From a virus (Duplodnaviria > Heunggongvirae > Uroviricota > Caudoviricetes), in the IMG/VR virus record IMGVR_UViG_3300029998_000014: a stretch of 64,000 nt of DNA; one strand, given 5' to 3'. The position numbers and the translations under genes are program-made. Shown one piece after another: positions 13,085-22,871 of this stretch. Position 1 is the first letter of the stretch; each line of letters starts with the position of its first letter. The notes beneath the pieces are model-generated. The model was given only the letters and a program-made list of their open reading frames with translations, did not search any database and was not told the origin of the DNA.

Positions 13085-14119
13085 ATGGCATTACCATCAA
13101 CAAATATTACTACTACATTAGTAGGGCAAGAACTAGGTTTAAATACTCATAATGTATCAACATTGTGTTTGAGTTCATTAGTTAATGAATATGGTTTTAA
13201 TAGTCCCGATTATAAAGAACAATCTGCATACTTTGGAAAAACACCATATCAAAGACAAAATGAAAATCAAACAGTTTTCCCAAAACAAGGTTATCCGCTT
13301 GGGGTTTTTAGAAATTATGACCACAACTGGATAACGTTCACTGGAAACAATGGGTATAAAACTAGCGATTCAATAAATTATTATTCACCTATATATATGA
13401 GATTACCTATAGTATATGCAAAAGAAGATATGAGCACAAAAACACCTGTTACAATTGCTCATACTTTTGATGTATATTTTAATAGATATGGTAATGATTT
13501 TGTACATACAAACTTTGTAAAAATGATAAGTGACCAAACAGGATATTACCCATATTTTCAATTTCAAATTAACCCACAAAGCCCACCCGATGGTGGTAGT
13601 GCTTTAACTGTTGGTTCAACAGCTTGGTTTAAAGTTGTACATAAGAGTTCACCCGATAGAAGATGGATAAGTGGTATTGATGCAATCTCTAATAATGGAG
13701 ATGGTGAATGTTATATTTTTTCTGTAGTAATACCATCAGACCCTTGGACAAATTCAATGAGATATACAGATTTGACTTTCTTTGCATATAGAAAAACAGG
13801 TAATTCGGGTATAATTGCATCATTAAATATTTTAGGTGATTTGAGGGTTCAAAACAATAATGTAAATATCAAATTTGAAATTGCATCAGATTCTAATTTT
13901 ACTACTAATGAGTTCCTAACTAACACATCAGCTACTTGTAATGCTAATACTACAAGTCCAGGAACATCAGTACAAAGTGGCTCAGCATATTTTGATTTAT
14001 CAAGTGCAATATCAAAATTTTCTGTAGGTTCAACAATCTATTATAGAGTGAATTTTAATAATGATGGATGGTCACAAACTTACTCAGCTATCGTTTCAAA
14101 TCAACCACCATTACAATAA
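13085..14119 (+). CDS. Tail-fibre-associated hypothetical protein (344 aa)
   Basis: Directly follows the fibre gene, MALPSTNITTTLVGQELG start, beta-rich. Five Trp, all TGG. Confidence 0.65.
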   Translation: MALPSTNITTTLVGQELGLNTHNVSTLCLSSLVNEYGFNSPDYKEQSAYFGKTPYQRQNENQTVFPKQGYPLGVFRNYDHNWITFTGNNGYKTSDSINYYSPIYMRLPIVYAKEDMSTKTPVTIAHTFDVYFNRYGNDFVHTNFVKMISDQTGYYPYFQFQINPQSPPDGGSALTVGSTAWFKVVHKSSPDRRWISGIDAISNNGDGECYIFSVVIPSDPWTNSMRYTDLTFFAYRKTGNSGIIASLNILGDLRVQNNNVNIKFEIASDSNFTTNEFLTNTSATCNANTTSPGTSVQSGSAYFDLSSAISKFSVGSTIYYRVNFNNDGWSQTYSAIVSNQPPLQ

Positions 14120-14136
14120 TATCAAATAAATGTAAT

Positions 14137-14523
14137 ATGAAAATAGTATCAAAATGATTCACGTATGAAGAACTAGTTCATACAGATAAAAAGATAGTAA
14201 ATATTCCTAATGAAACACAAGTAGCTAATCTGCAAAGATTAGTTACAAATGTGTTAGATCCTTTGAGGGAATTGTATGGTAAACCAATTAAAATTAACAG
14301 CGGTTTTAGAAGTCCAGATGTAAATAAAGCGGTTGGTGGTGTAAGTACTTCTGGTCATTTATTAGGTACTTGTGCTGATTTAGATTGTGATGATAATGCT
14401 TTACTTTATAAGCTAATAAAAGAACATTTTGAGTTTAGACAGTTGATAGATGAACATAATTTTGCCTGAGTTCACATAGAATATAGAGAAGGTGATAATA
14501 AGAAACAACTAATAAAAACGTAA
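14137..14523 (+). CDS. Endolysin, peptidase M15 family
   Basis: LDPLRELYGKPIKINSGFRS...SGHLLGTCAD...A-W-VH zinc-peptidase motifs. TGA at codon 7 and in WVH. Confidence 0.85.
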
Positions 14524-15116
14524 TGATAGCAATAAAGAAATATTTAATTATACTGCTGGCTTCAATAGCTTTGATTTGTGGGGTTTTATTGTGGTTTTCA
14601 TATAACCACACAAAACAACTGAATGAGGAGCTAAAAACGGCTACCAATAACTATAAAGCATCAGTTAGAAAGAACGTAGTTTATCAATTTACTTTAGCTG
14701 ATTTGAAGGATAGTAAAGATTCATCTGATTTAAAAGTAAAAACGTTGATAGGTGAATTAAAACTTAAACCTAAAAAGGTAACTGAAACGGTTTTTATAAA
14801 TTCCCAAACACAAATAAAAGATACTGTAACATTAAAAGACAGTGTGTTTATTCGTGATTATGAAGCTAAAACTGGTGATGAATGGTACAGCCTAGATTTG
14901 AAATTTAAAGCACCAGATACGCTTAATGTAGATTTGAAAGTAAGAAATGAAGTAATAGCAATTACTTATGATAAGCGTGAAACAATAAAACCACCAAAGA
15001 AATTCTTTTTGTGAAGGTTGTTCCAGAAAAAACAAACAATACAGGTTATAGAAGTGAAAGAACTAAATCCTCATTCAGAGGTAAAAGACTTTCGATTTAT
15101 AAAGGTGTTAAAATAG
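14523..15116 (+). CDS. Spanin/Rz-like lysis protein (N-terminal TM, coiled coil)
   Basis: N-terminal hydrophobic helix. C-terminus KKFFL-W-RLFQKK...ELNPHS needs TGA read-through; ends TAG. Confidence 0.65.
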
Positions 15117-15137
15117 AAACAAATAAAAAAGTAAGTA

Positions 15138-15344
15138 ATGAATTTGAAAGAAACAAAATTGAACGTACAATTAGCAGTAGCTTGTGTATTGGTGTTGGCT
15201 GGGATATGCCTTTTATTTATGGGTTTTTGAGTAGTACCCATTGGAGTTATACATAACAGTATTTTAGTAGCCTTTGGGGAAATATGCACCTTTGCAGGTG
15301 CTTTGTTTGGGGTAGATTACCAATATAAAAAGATTGGTAAATAA
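15138..15344 (+). CDS. Small holin-like membrane protein (68 aa)
   Basis: Two TM segments, GF-W-VVPIGVIHNSILVAFGEICTFAGALFGVDY. Type common in Bacteroidales prophage lysis modules; missing from the track. Confidence 0.65.
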
Positions 15345-15361
15345 TATTGAAGTCTGTAGTC

Positions 15362-15392
15362 TTTGTTGATTACAGACTTTTTTTTACTTTTG
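15362..15392 (+). promoter_or_regulatory. Bacteroidota sigma-A promoter (TTTG-N19-TACTTTTG)
   Basis: Exact match to the -33/-7 consensus TTTG-N19-21-TAnnTTTG upstream of ATG 15411. Confidence 0.75.
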
Positions 15393-15410
15393 TCAAAAAA
15401 TAACAATATT

Positions 15411-16280
15411 ATGAGTGTAGTAGATCAGTTTGATATAGACGATTGTATAGAAGAAGAACCATTATTAGAATATGTATGTAATATGGTTTATACGCACCTT
15501 CCAGATGCAGATTTTGATGCTGAAGGAAATGGTATGTTAATGTGTTCATTGAATGGATTATATACTTTTGTGCAAAATTATAATCAAGGTACAATAAAAA
15601 CCAATTTTACTTATAATGATTATATGAATGGTGATGAAGAAGATAAAAATATACAACTCATATTAAAAGCGTTTAATATAGATTCTAAAAAGTTTTGGTA
15701 TTTTCTGTTATTTGCATTTGATTTTGCATATACTAATTGTGTAGGTGGTTTGGTTGCAAAAGAAAGTCCAGCTGGTCAAATGAAAAAATTTGTAAAAGCT
15801 ATAGATGATAATTCAACAGGTAAAATTAATGGTAATGATATTGAATTTAAACAGAAAGCTACTATTACGTTGAAAATTGGTAAAAAAAGTATTGTCATAG
15901 ATAATAATACAGCGATTTATTTAATGGCTTCGTTATGTGATGAGGAATTGAACGGTTTAAAAACTGGTAGTGTTTTAAATTCTGCTAAGCTTGAAGAAAG
16001 TAATTCTAAAGATGCACCAAATTATGCACGTATTTGTCTATTCACTAAAATAATGATTGACTTCTTTAAACAATATGTTGTAGATAAACCTGTTAAAAAT
16101 GGAGATAAAATAGCATCTTTGAATAAATTTACTTTTATTTCAAAATTAATATATCTTACAGGTATATATAATAATGAAGATTGGTTATATGGCGATGAAC
16201 ATTTAAAGTCCTGTTATAGAGAGTTTAAAACCAAAACACAAGACTTTAGATTTAATAAATATTCTGCTATGTGGCATTAA
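15411..16280 (+). CDS. Hypothetical protein (289 aa), code-11 readable
   Basis: ATG 15411 follows the promoter. Three Trp, all TGG. Confidence 0.75.
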   Translation: MSVVDQFDIDDCIEEEPLLEYVCNMVYTHLPDADFDAEGNGMLMCSLNGLYTFVQNYNQGTIKTNFTYNDYMNGDEEDKNIQLILKAFNIDSKKFWYFLLFAFDFAYTNCVGGLVAKESPAGQMKKFVKAIDDNSTGKINGNDIEFKQKATITLKIGKKSIVIDNNTAIYLMASLCDEELNGLKTGSVLNSAKLEESNSKDAPNYARICLFTKIMIDFFKQYVVDKPVKNGDKIASLNKFTFISKLIYLTGIYNNEDWLYGDEHLKSCYREFKTKTQDFRFNKYSAMWH

Positions 16281-16392
16281 TTAATGCGGGGTAGGTAAAT
16301 TAGACCATTTTAACCATTACTTTTGGGCTTTTCATATTGTCGCACCTTTGTATCGCAATCACAAACAAACTAAAACAGATTGCTTTATTTAA

Positions 16393-16686
16393 ATGAATAA
16401 AAATATTCAAAGTGCAGATGCTGCACAAGTAAAAAAAGTAGGTCAGAGAAAAGAATCAATAGATTCTTATGGTACTTCATTTGGTAAGTTATTAACATCT
16501 GACGAGCTACTAAAAAGGTGTGATGAACAACTTGAAAAGTGTGAGAAATGGACAGCTAATTTAACAGCATTGAAAGCTGAAAAAGAAGCCGAAATTAAAG
16601 CACAAAGAATTGAAGCATTAAAGACTTCTGTAAGTACTATGAGTGCAGAAGAGAAGGCAGAAATTATTAACCTTTTAAATGCTTAA
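16393..16686 (+). CDS. Hypothetical coiled-coil protein
   Basis: ORF track; no TGA. Confidence 0.65.
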   Translation: MNKNIQSADAAQVKKVGQRKESIDSYGTSFGKLLTSDELLKRCDEQLEKCEKWTANLTALKAEKEAEIKAQRIEALKTSVSTMSAEEKAEIINLLNA

Positions 16687-17302
16687 TATTATGGGTGAAA
16701 TTTTTGTAATTGGACAAGAAGATGTTTTTAAGAAAAACATCAAACAAATGGTTTTTAAAAATTTAGCTGAGGAATCAGATAAAATTAGAATGAGTGCAAT
16801 GATATCTGGTATGATAAGTAATACATACTTAACAAGTACTCATACATTTACACCTAAATTAGAAGCGTTATTACAACCTATTTTAGACGAAATAGCAAAG
16901 TCAGATGAGTTTATTAGTGCCTTAAAAGCTATTACTGGTAGAAATATAATGCCACCTGCATTATATAGTTCTTTAGCAGAGGGTGATATTTTCGACATTA
17001 ATTTAGTATTTGGTAAAGAAAACGACCAAACAGTACAAACAACAAACAACATTATGGAAGGTAAAACAATTAAAATAGTAGTTAGAGAAGTAGTAAGACG
17101 TGAAGCAGAACTGGTTATCGGTAAAGATATAACTGAACTTGATGCAAAGAAATTGTTGACAATCAGTCAAGATTGCGAAAGAGGTAGTAAAGAATATGAT
17201 CTAATTAATAAATATTTAGTTAGTAATTCTACTGATTGTAATGATATTGATCCAGAAGATTCAGAAGATTATACAAGTATTGATATTGAATTAGAAGACT
17301 AA
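16679..17302 (+). CDS. Hypothetical protein (acidic C-terminus)
   Basis: ORF track; overlaps the upstream stop and is followed by a terminator. Confidence 0.65.
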   Translation: MLNIMGEIFVIGQEDVFKKNIKQMVFKNLAEESDKIRMSAMISGMISNTYLTSTHTFTPKLEALLQPILDEIAKSDEFISALKAITGRNIMPPALYSSLAEGDIFDINLVFGKENDQTVQTTNNIMEGKTIKIVVREVVRREAELVIGKDITELDAKKLLTISQDCERGSKEYDLINKYLVSNSTDCNDIDPEDSEDYTSIDIELED

Positions 17303-17323
17303 TCAATAAATCAATCCAAATTT

Positions 17324-17356
17324 AAAAGGCTGTTACAATTATGTAGCAGCCTTTTT
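17324..17356. terminator. Bidirectional intrinsic terminator
   Basis: AAAAGGCTGTTACA-atta-TGTAGCAGCCTTTT hairpin between convergent genes. Confidence 0.75.
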
Positions 17357-17380
17357 AGTTTGTATTCAGTTGTGTGTTGA

Positions 17381-17875
17381 TTAGTCTTTATATGTTTTGT
17401 AGTTGATAATATTACTTACTGATGATAAACAAATATTAAACATATCTGCTATTTCCTTACGAGTATGTGTATTATTACTTATTCATTCTCTTATTTGATT
17501 AGCATCAGTATTAGTTAACTTTGATCGTCTTGATCTTTCCCCTTTAGGATTGATTGGTGTTAGTCCTGTTCTAAAGGCGTGTTTAATATTATCTATATTA
17601 CTTAGTCATTCTAAATTTTCAACTGTGTTATCTTCTTTAATTCCATTTATATGATTAACTGTTAGTGTTGTATCATTGGTTCATATAAACGCTTCTGCTA
17701 CTAATCTATGTACTCTCATAGATCTTTTGTGTCCGTTGCTTGAAAGATTAAGTACTCAGTAGCCGTCTTTATCTGGGTGCAACTTCATTATCTTTTGTGT
17801 TCTTAAATTAAATACTACACCTGTGTTACTTATGGTGTAGTTTGGATAGTTTGCAATTGTTTTTACTTCTCACAT
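17381..17875 (-). CDS. NUMOD4-HNH endonuclease (164 aa)
   Basis: YPNYTISNTG...RVHRLVAEAF...VNHINGIKEDNTVENLE-W. The canonical ENLEW Trp is TGA, and codon 2 is TGA. Confidence 0.85.
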
Positions 17876-18050
17876 ATTATTTTGTTATTGGTTAATAACC
17901 ACAAAGTTAACAAAATAATTACAACAAAAAACTATCATACACTTAATATTTAGAACATAGTTATTATAGTGTAACTAACATATTATTTTACAATAAATAT
18001 ATGTTAATATGCTGATTGTTAGATCAAAGCGTTGATTGTTAACGTCACAC

Positions 18051-18135
18051 CCCCATATGGGGTCAAAATGTTATTAACTAATGGAGTAAACCTCACCCCT
18101 CCCTCCCTTACACGAGAGGTATTTTTTCAAAAATC
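18051..18135 (+). other. Possible cos/packaging-site region
   Basis: 12-bp palindrome CCCCATATGGGG followed by a C-rich tract and TTTTTTCAAAAA in AT-rich intergenic DNA. Resembles, from memory, cos-adjacent sequence of Bacteroidales HK97-type prophages. Confidence 0.35.
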
Positions 18136-18169
18136 TTAAACCTCATTTACTACATAATTCACGTAAAAA

Positions 18170-18622
18170 CTAAATTTCAAGCTTAAATCTTATTCTAAAT
18201 TGATTATCATTATAATCTGAACTGACTATTTTAAACCTGCCTATTTCGGCTGTATTTTCAACGTGTTCACCAATACAAGCACAAACATCATAAGAACCTA
18301 TATACACCAACCTTAGTGTTTCACTAGCATCTTCTGGAAGTTTGCTTAAATCAACGCTAACTGGTACTTCTGAACGTGCTACTAATGCACTAGTAACAGA
18401 TAGATTTTGATCTATAATATTATTAACTTGTTTTTCAATTTCTATTATTTGTTCTTCTGTTGGTGTTTCATTTAAAAAGTAGTTGCATTTACTCTTTTTG
18501 CGCTCTATATGACTATTTTTAGATCTATCACAACCAAACATTTTAACCATTGTTTGGTTTAAAATATGCTCCACAGTGTGCATTGGTGGATATTCTTTCT
18601 TATTATGAGAATTTAATTCCAT
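18170..18622 (-). CDS. alaX: AlaX-like free-standing alanyl-tRNA editing protein (tRNA_SAD domain), Bacteroidales type
   Basis: Zinc-binding HxxxH (MHTVEHIL) and CxxxH (CACIGEHV) motifs, 150 aa. Confidence 0.8.
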   Translation of the reverse strand: MELNSHNKKEYPPMHTVEHILNQTMVKMFGCDRSKNSHIERKKSKCNYFLNETPTEEQIIEIEKQVNNIIDQNLSVTSALVARSEVPVSVDLSKLPEDASETLRLVYIGSYDVCACIGEHVENTAEIGRFKIVSSDYNDNQFRIRFKLEI

Positions 18623-18652
18623 TATAACCTACTGATTTACAATTAATTGATA

Positions 18653-18702
18653 ATACGTACAAAAACAATTGAACGCTTGCGGTCAATTTCTATTGTACGT
18701 AT
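18653..18702. other. Putative attP of the large serine recombinase
   Basis: 50-bp imperfect inverted repeat: ATACGTACAAaaacAATTGA-acgcTTgcgg-TCAATTtctaTTGTACGTAT. Symmetric about TT at 18677-18678, 44 bp upstream of the integrase. Confidence 0.65.
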
Positions 18703-18723
18703 CATAAAATAAATATATCTTTG
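18692..18723 (+). promoter_or_regulatory. Bacteroidota-type promoter of the integrase (-7 box TATCTTTG), overlapping the attP right arm
   Basis: TAnnTTTG at 18716-18723 and ATTG 20 nt upstream. Confidence 0.6.
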
Positions 18724-18746
18724 TACATATTTAAAGCACAAAGATA

Positions 18747-20468
18747 ATGAAAAAAGCAGCTATTTATTTACGAGTTTCTACTACAGATCAAAATTATGAA
18801 CGTCAAGAAGTAGAATTAAGATTGCTTGCAAACGGTTTTGGTTATGAAATAACTAAAGTGTTTGAGGAAAAAGCATCTGGTGTTTTAGATATGGACACCA
18901 GAGAGCAATTAACAGAAATGCGAAAATTAACTAGTGATGATGTTGATAAAATATTTGTTTGGGATATATCCAGATTAAGTAGAAAAGCATCAGATTTTAT
19001 TGCATTAGTAAATGAATTTGCAGAAAAAGGTGTTTGCATTCATTTTAAAGATAAGAATATTATTACTTTAGATGATGATGGTAAAATATCGGGTGTTGCA
19101 TCTATATATTTATATATGTTAGGTGTATTTGCTCAAATGGATGCTGAGAATTTAAAATCTAAATTCAAATCTGGTAAAGAAAATGCACTTAGAAAAGGTC
19201 ATAGTTATACTAATAATGCACCTTTTGGATATGATATTATTGATAAGTATTTATATGTTAATGAGTTAGAAGCAGAATCTGTAAAATTAGCATTTGATCT
19301 ATTTCATTCTGGTAAAGACACACAATATATAGCAGACATATTTAATTCAAAGAATATACCTTTAAAGAGTGGTAAAACAAATATTATCTGGGTAAAAGGC
19401 ACAATTTATCAAATGCTCAAAAATCCTGTATATTATGGCAAAGGTAAACTAGAATCAATAACTAAAAAAGCAACTGCAACTACACCTGCTGAAAAATCAG
19501 TAAGATATTTTGATGTTGATGCTATTATTGAAAAGAATTTGTTTGATGCAGTTCAAGAACGGTTTACAATTAATATAAATAGTGGTGATAAGAGTAAAGC
19601 AGTAGACCCCGCAATATTAAGAGGTATTTTAAAATGTGGTCAATGTAATAAATACTATGTTTTAGGTAATAATAATGGTGTAAGGGTCTATAAAGATGGT
19701 GATATTAGAGCCAATATAAACAACAAAGTAGGTTGTAAAAATGGTAGTTTCACTATTACAATGGCAGATAATTTAGTTTGGACTGCTATTAAAGGTATTT
19801 ATGAATATGATTCATTTAAAAAGAAGTGTGTAGATGATAAAGAACAATCTAAACTTGAATTGATAAAGAATGAAACTACATTAACTGAACTGAATAAAAA
19901 CATCACTGATTTAGATAATCAAATTTCTAAAGTTAATACTGGATATGCTAAAGGGTTCTATAATGATGCTGATGCTTTAGAACAAAAACATAGAATCACA
20001 ACCGAGAAAGACAGATTTAATAAAATTATCACAGAAATACAATCTAAAATCATTTTACTAAATGATAGAATTAATTCAGAATTTGAGTTTGATTATTTAA
20101 AAACTAGGGAACTAAGTTTAGAAGAAAAGAAACAGGTTTGTAATAGTTTAATTGAGGTGGTAAATGTATATAGATATACTGATTATATTAAACTGATGCA
20201 GGTAAAACTAAAAGTAGGGTTAACATTCAATATCCTTTTTAATAGTCAATACAAAGTAAATTCATATTGTATTATTGATGATGATGATGTAACATTTAAT
20301 AATATTTTTAATGCACCAGAAGAAGTTAGAGAGATTTTAAAGGGTAAAGATTTTACAGTTACTTCTTCAAATAATAAGCTGTTTAATGATGAAGTATTTG
20401 GTGAATATAGTTATACTGATATTTGGGAAATAATGAAGAAATACAACTATTTAAAGAAAATAGATTAA
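18747..20468 (+). CDS. Large serine recombinase (integrase)
   Basis: AAIYLRVST catalytic Ser motif, DISRLSR, recombinase domain, CGQC zinc ribbon, coiled coil; 573 aa. Four Trp, all TGG. Confidence 0.92.
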   Translation: MKKAAIYLRVSTTDQNYERQEVELRLLANGFGYEITKVFEEKASGVLDMDTREQLTEMRKLTSDDVDKIFVWDISRLSRKASDFIALVNEFAEKGVCIHFKDKNIITLDDDGKISGVASIYLYMLGVFAQMDAENLKSKFKSGKENALRKGHSYTNNAPFGYDIIDKYLYVNELEAESVKLAFDLFHSGKDTQYIADIFNSKNIPLKSGKTNIIWVKGTIYQMLKNPVYYGKGKLESITKKATATTPAEKSVRYFDVDAIIEKNLFDAVQERFTININSGDKSKAVDPAILRGILKCGQCNKYYVLGNNNGVRVYKDGDIRANINNKVGCKNGSFTITMADNLVWTAIKGIYEYDSFKKKCVDDKEQSKLELIKNETTLTELNKNITDLDNQISKVNTGYAKGFYNDADALEQKHRITTEKDRFNKIITEIQSKIILLNDRINSEFEFDYLKTRELSLEEKKQVCNSLIEVVNVYRYTDYIKLMQVKLKVGLTFNILFNSQYKVNSYCIIDDDDVTFNNIFNAPEEVREILKGKDFTVTSSNNKLFNDEVFGEYSYTDIWEIMKKYNYLKKID

Positions 20469-20473
20469 ACCAG

Positions 20474-20504
20474 AAAAAGCCTACTAGAAATTAGTAGGCT
20501 TTTT
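20474..20504 (+). terminator. Intrinsic terminator after integrase
   Basis: AAAAAGCCTACTA-gaaat-TAGTAGGCTTTTT. Confidence 0.8.
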
Positions 20505-20692
20505 ATTCATTCTAATTATACTGTAATTTCTGCTAGAACATCTCTAATTTAAACTATTCATAAAGTAGAATTTAATGTAGTACTAAGTAGATAGATTTGA
20601 TTACATATTTAACTATACATTTAACTATATATCTGTAAGTAAGTAGATTAGTTTTATTAGATTTGCATATAAACATTAAAATATGAAATAAT

Positions 20693-21049
20693 ATGAAACA
20701 AAATGAACAAGAATTATTAATAGAAATAAATCATTTATATAATGGTTTATTAGAAGAAAGTGATGGTTATAATTATAAACGTATCGTTAATACATTATCG
20801 GATAAAGTTTTTGAATTATATCGTGAATTTAGTCCTGATTATGTATCTTTTGATACTGTTTCTTCACTTTCACATACTTGTGGAAAAGAAGTTAGTTATG
20901 TTATATCTAGTTACACAAATTCAACCAGAAATAATTCATCTAAAAGAAGTAAGGAAATATTTATTGACTTTAGAGATGAAGTAAATCGGCAAATTCGTAT
21001 AGATTTAATTCATTTATTTCAAATAATCAAGGAGATTAAAGAAAACTAA
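20693..21049 (+). CDS. Hypothetical protein, moron-like (own promoter and terminator)
   Basis: 118 aa, TAGATTTG -7 boxes at about 20572 and 20658, no TGA. Confidence 0.65.
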   Translation: MKQNEQELLIEINHLYNGLLEESDGYNYKRIVNTLSDKVFELYREFSPDYVSFDTVSSLSHTCGKEVSYVISSYTNSTRNNSSKRSKEIFIDFRDEVNRQIRIDLIHLFQIIKEIKEN

Positions 21050-21071
21050 ATGTTTCACCACTACAAACCAA

Positions 21072-21103
21072 AAAAGCTACTTAGAATTAACTAAGTAGCT
21101 TTT
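21072..21103. terminator. Bidirectional intrinsic terminator
   Basis: AAAAGCTACTTAG-aattaa-CTAAGTAGCTTTT between convergent genes. Confidence 0.8.
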
Positions 21104-21106
21104 GTT

Positions 21107-21430
21107 TTATCTGGAATACCAGTCAAATTTATCATCATATTCAAATTCATAAACAAATCCGTATTCTTTGTATTTATTAATTATACTGGAATCTTTTAAA
21201 ACCTGTATTCATATTTTTTTGTAATCCAATTTTGATACAATATTCATAATTTCGCAGAAATAATTATTACCTCTATAATCTTCTTGAACATATACACCAG
21301 ATAATACTATTTCATCTGGATTAGTCAATGTATTAAATTCAAAAGAATAAACAACTTTATCTATATCCATTTTTATATAGTGAGTTGATTTGTGATAATC
21401 CCACCACTGAACATATTGTATTAATTCCAT
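21107..21430 (-). CDS. GNAT-family acetyltransferase-like protein (107 aa)
   Basis: VYVQEDYRGNNY motif-A-like segment. Reading through TGA 21209-21211 adds I-W-IQV...KYKEYGF (Y-x-x-x-GF motif). Confidence 0.55.
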
Positions 21431-21754
21431 TTATTCAACTATTGTACAATCTTTGTATTTATCCAGTGTCAACAGATAAGTTTCAGCATCAACTTTAGTA
21501 TTACCATCAGAAAAATGATTTGTAAAGTTTAGTACCGGTGTTTCTGTTTGCATTGGAAGTGCATTATCTGAGATATGAAGATATTCTGTTTGCATAGGTT
21601 GCAAACCTGCTTCTTTTGTTGCTTTATCTAGATATGTTTTTACATTGATATTAGCAGTTTTATTATCTCAGTCAATAGTAATATTGCTTACAACTATATA
21701 AGCTGATTCTGTTACTACTCCGTTTAAAAAGTCGATTCTTTTAGTTAGTGCCAT
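21431..21754 (-). CDS. Hypothetical protein (tail-accessory-like, 107 aa)
   Basis: MALTKRIDFLNGVVTESAYIVV..., one TGA, abuts the next gene. Confidence 0.55.
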
Positions 21755-21759
21755 TTTGT

Positions 21760-21948
21760 TTAGTTTTTAGTTGGTTGTTTAATTTTAGCTTCTTCAAATT
21801 CTTTTTGAATTTGTTCATCTTTTTGTTTTTGATATTGTTCATCTATTGTTTTATATAAATCATTATATTCATTAATAGGTTGTTCACCTAATAATTTTAA
21901 TAAATTATGTACTTTATGTCAAGTTAGTTCTAATTTAATATTTTCCAT
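21760..21948 (-). CDS. Small hypothetical protein (62 aa)
   Basis: MENIKLELT-W-HKVHNLL..., tightly packed with neighbours. Confidence 0.5.
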
Positions 21949-21953
21949 TTTGT

Positions 21954-22127
21954 TTATTCTTTACTTGGTTTTTGTAATGATTCTGGATATAATTGTATGT
22001 GTGCTTGTTTTCGCAGGTCATCAATCAGTTTAACAACTTGATTAAATGGTTGTGTACTTAATGCATTCAATATAATGTTTGCATCTTCAATACTTACTTT
22101 AAATTGTAATTCAGTTTGTTCTTTCAT
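21954..22127 (-). CDS. Small conserved phage protein (57 aa)
   Basis: ANIILNALSTQPFNQVVKLIDDLRKQA motif typical of small phage proteins. Confidence 0.55.
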   Translation of the reverse strand: MKEQTELQFKVSIEDANIILNALSTQPFNQVVKLIDDLRKQAHIQLYPESLQKPSKE

Positions 22128-22129
22128 AG

Positions 22130-22636
22130 TTAGTTTAATTTGGTCAATTTGGTAATTAATTCTTTGAAGTCTATAACTTCATATTTGTTATCTTTTAATA
22201 TATAAGTTATTCCCATTTCTGGGGTTAATAATAATGAACTTTTATTGTGAAAGTTATTTCTATTAAATTCTGTAGTTGCTGGACAATTTAGATCTTTGTG
22301 TACTTTGGTAATATTGTTTATATCTCAAGTCATAATAATAATTTCACCGTTAACCCTAAATAGGTTAATATATCTGTTGGGTTTACCAACTAAGAAGTTA
22401 TATTTAGTCATCTCTAATTGTCAACCTTCATTACTGAATTTAATAAAATTTTCTAGCTCAACATATTTGTTCATACGTTCTTTTACTTCAAAAAATACAT
22501 TTTGTTCTTTGTATTTGAGAAACAAATCATAATGTGCAAATCTATCTTTACTTTCTCATACTTGAATATCTCCAAATTGTTGTTTTATCAAATCAGATAC
22601 TAATTTAAGTGATTCTTTTTCTCTATTATTTCTCAT
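22130..22636 (-). CDS. PD-(D/E)XK nuclease-like protein (168 aa)
   Basis: HYDLF...FFEVKER motif; three TGA read as Trp. Confidence 0.6.
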
Positions 22637-22871
22637 CTTGTCAAGGTCTTTTAATTGCTTTTGTGCGAGGTTTTACATTTAAAATAGTTTCTAGCTCCGT
22701 TAATCGTTTATCAAAATCGGCAAACGTAGCTTCTATTTCAGCACACTTTGCATCTCATTTGGATTCCATTTCATCCAATTTAATTTCATTGTTTAAATTA
22801 CTTACAGATAAAAGTAATGCTGCATTTTTGATAAATCTATCAAATTCTTGTTCTGTCATAAGTTCGTTCAT
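22626..22871 (-). CDS. Hypothetical coiled-coil protein (81 aa)
   Basis: Open with TGA=Trp, overlaps the next start. Confidence 0.5.
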
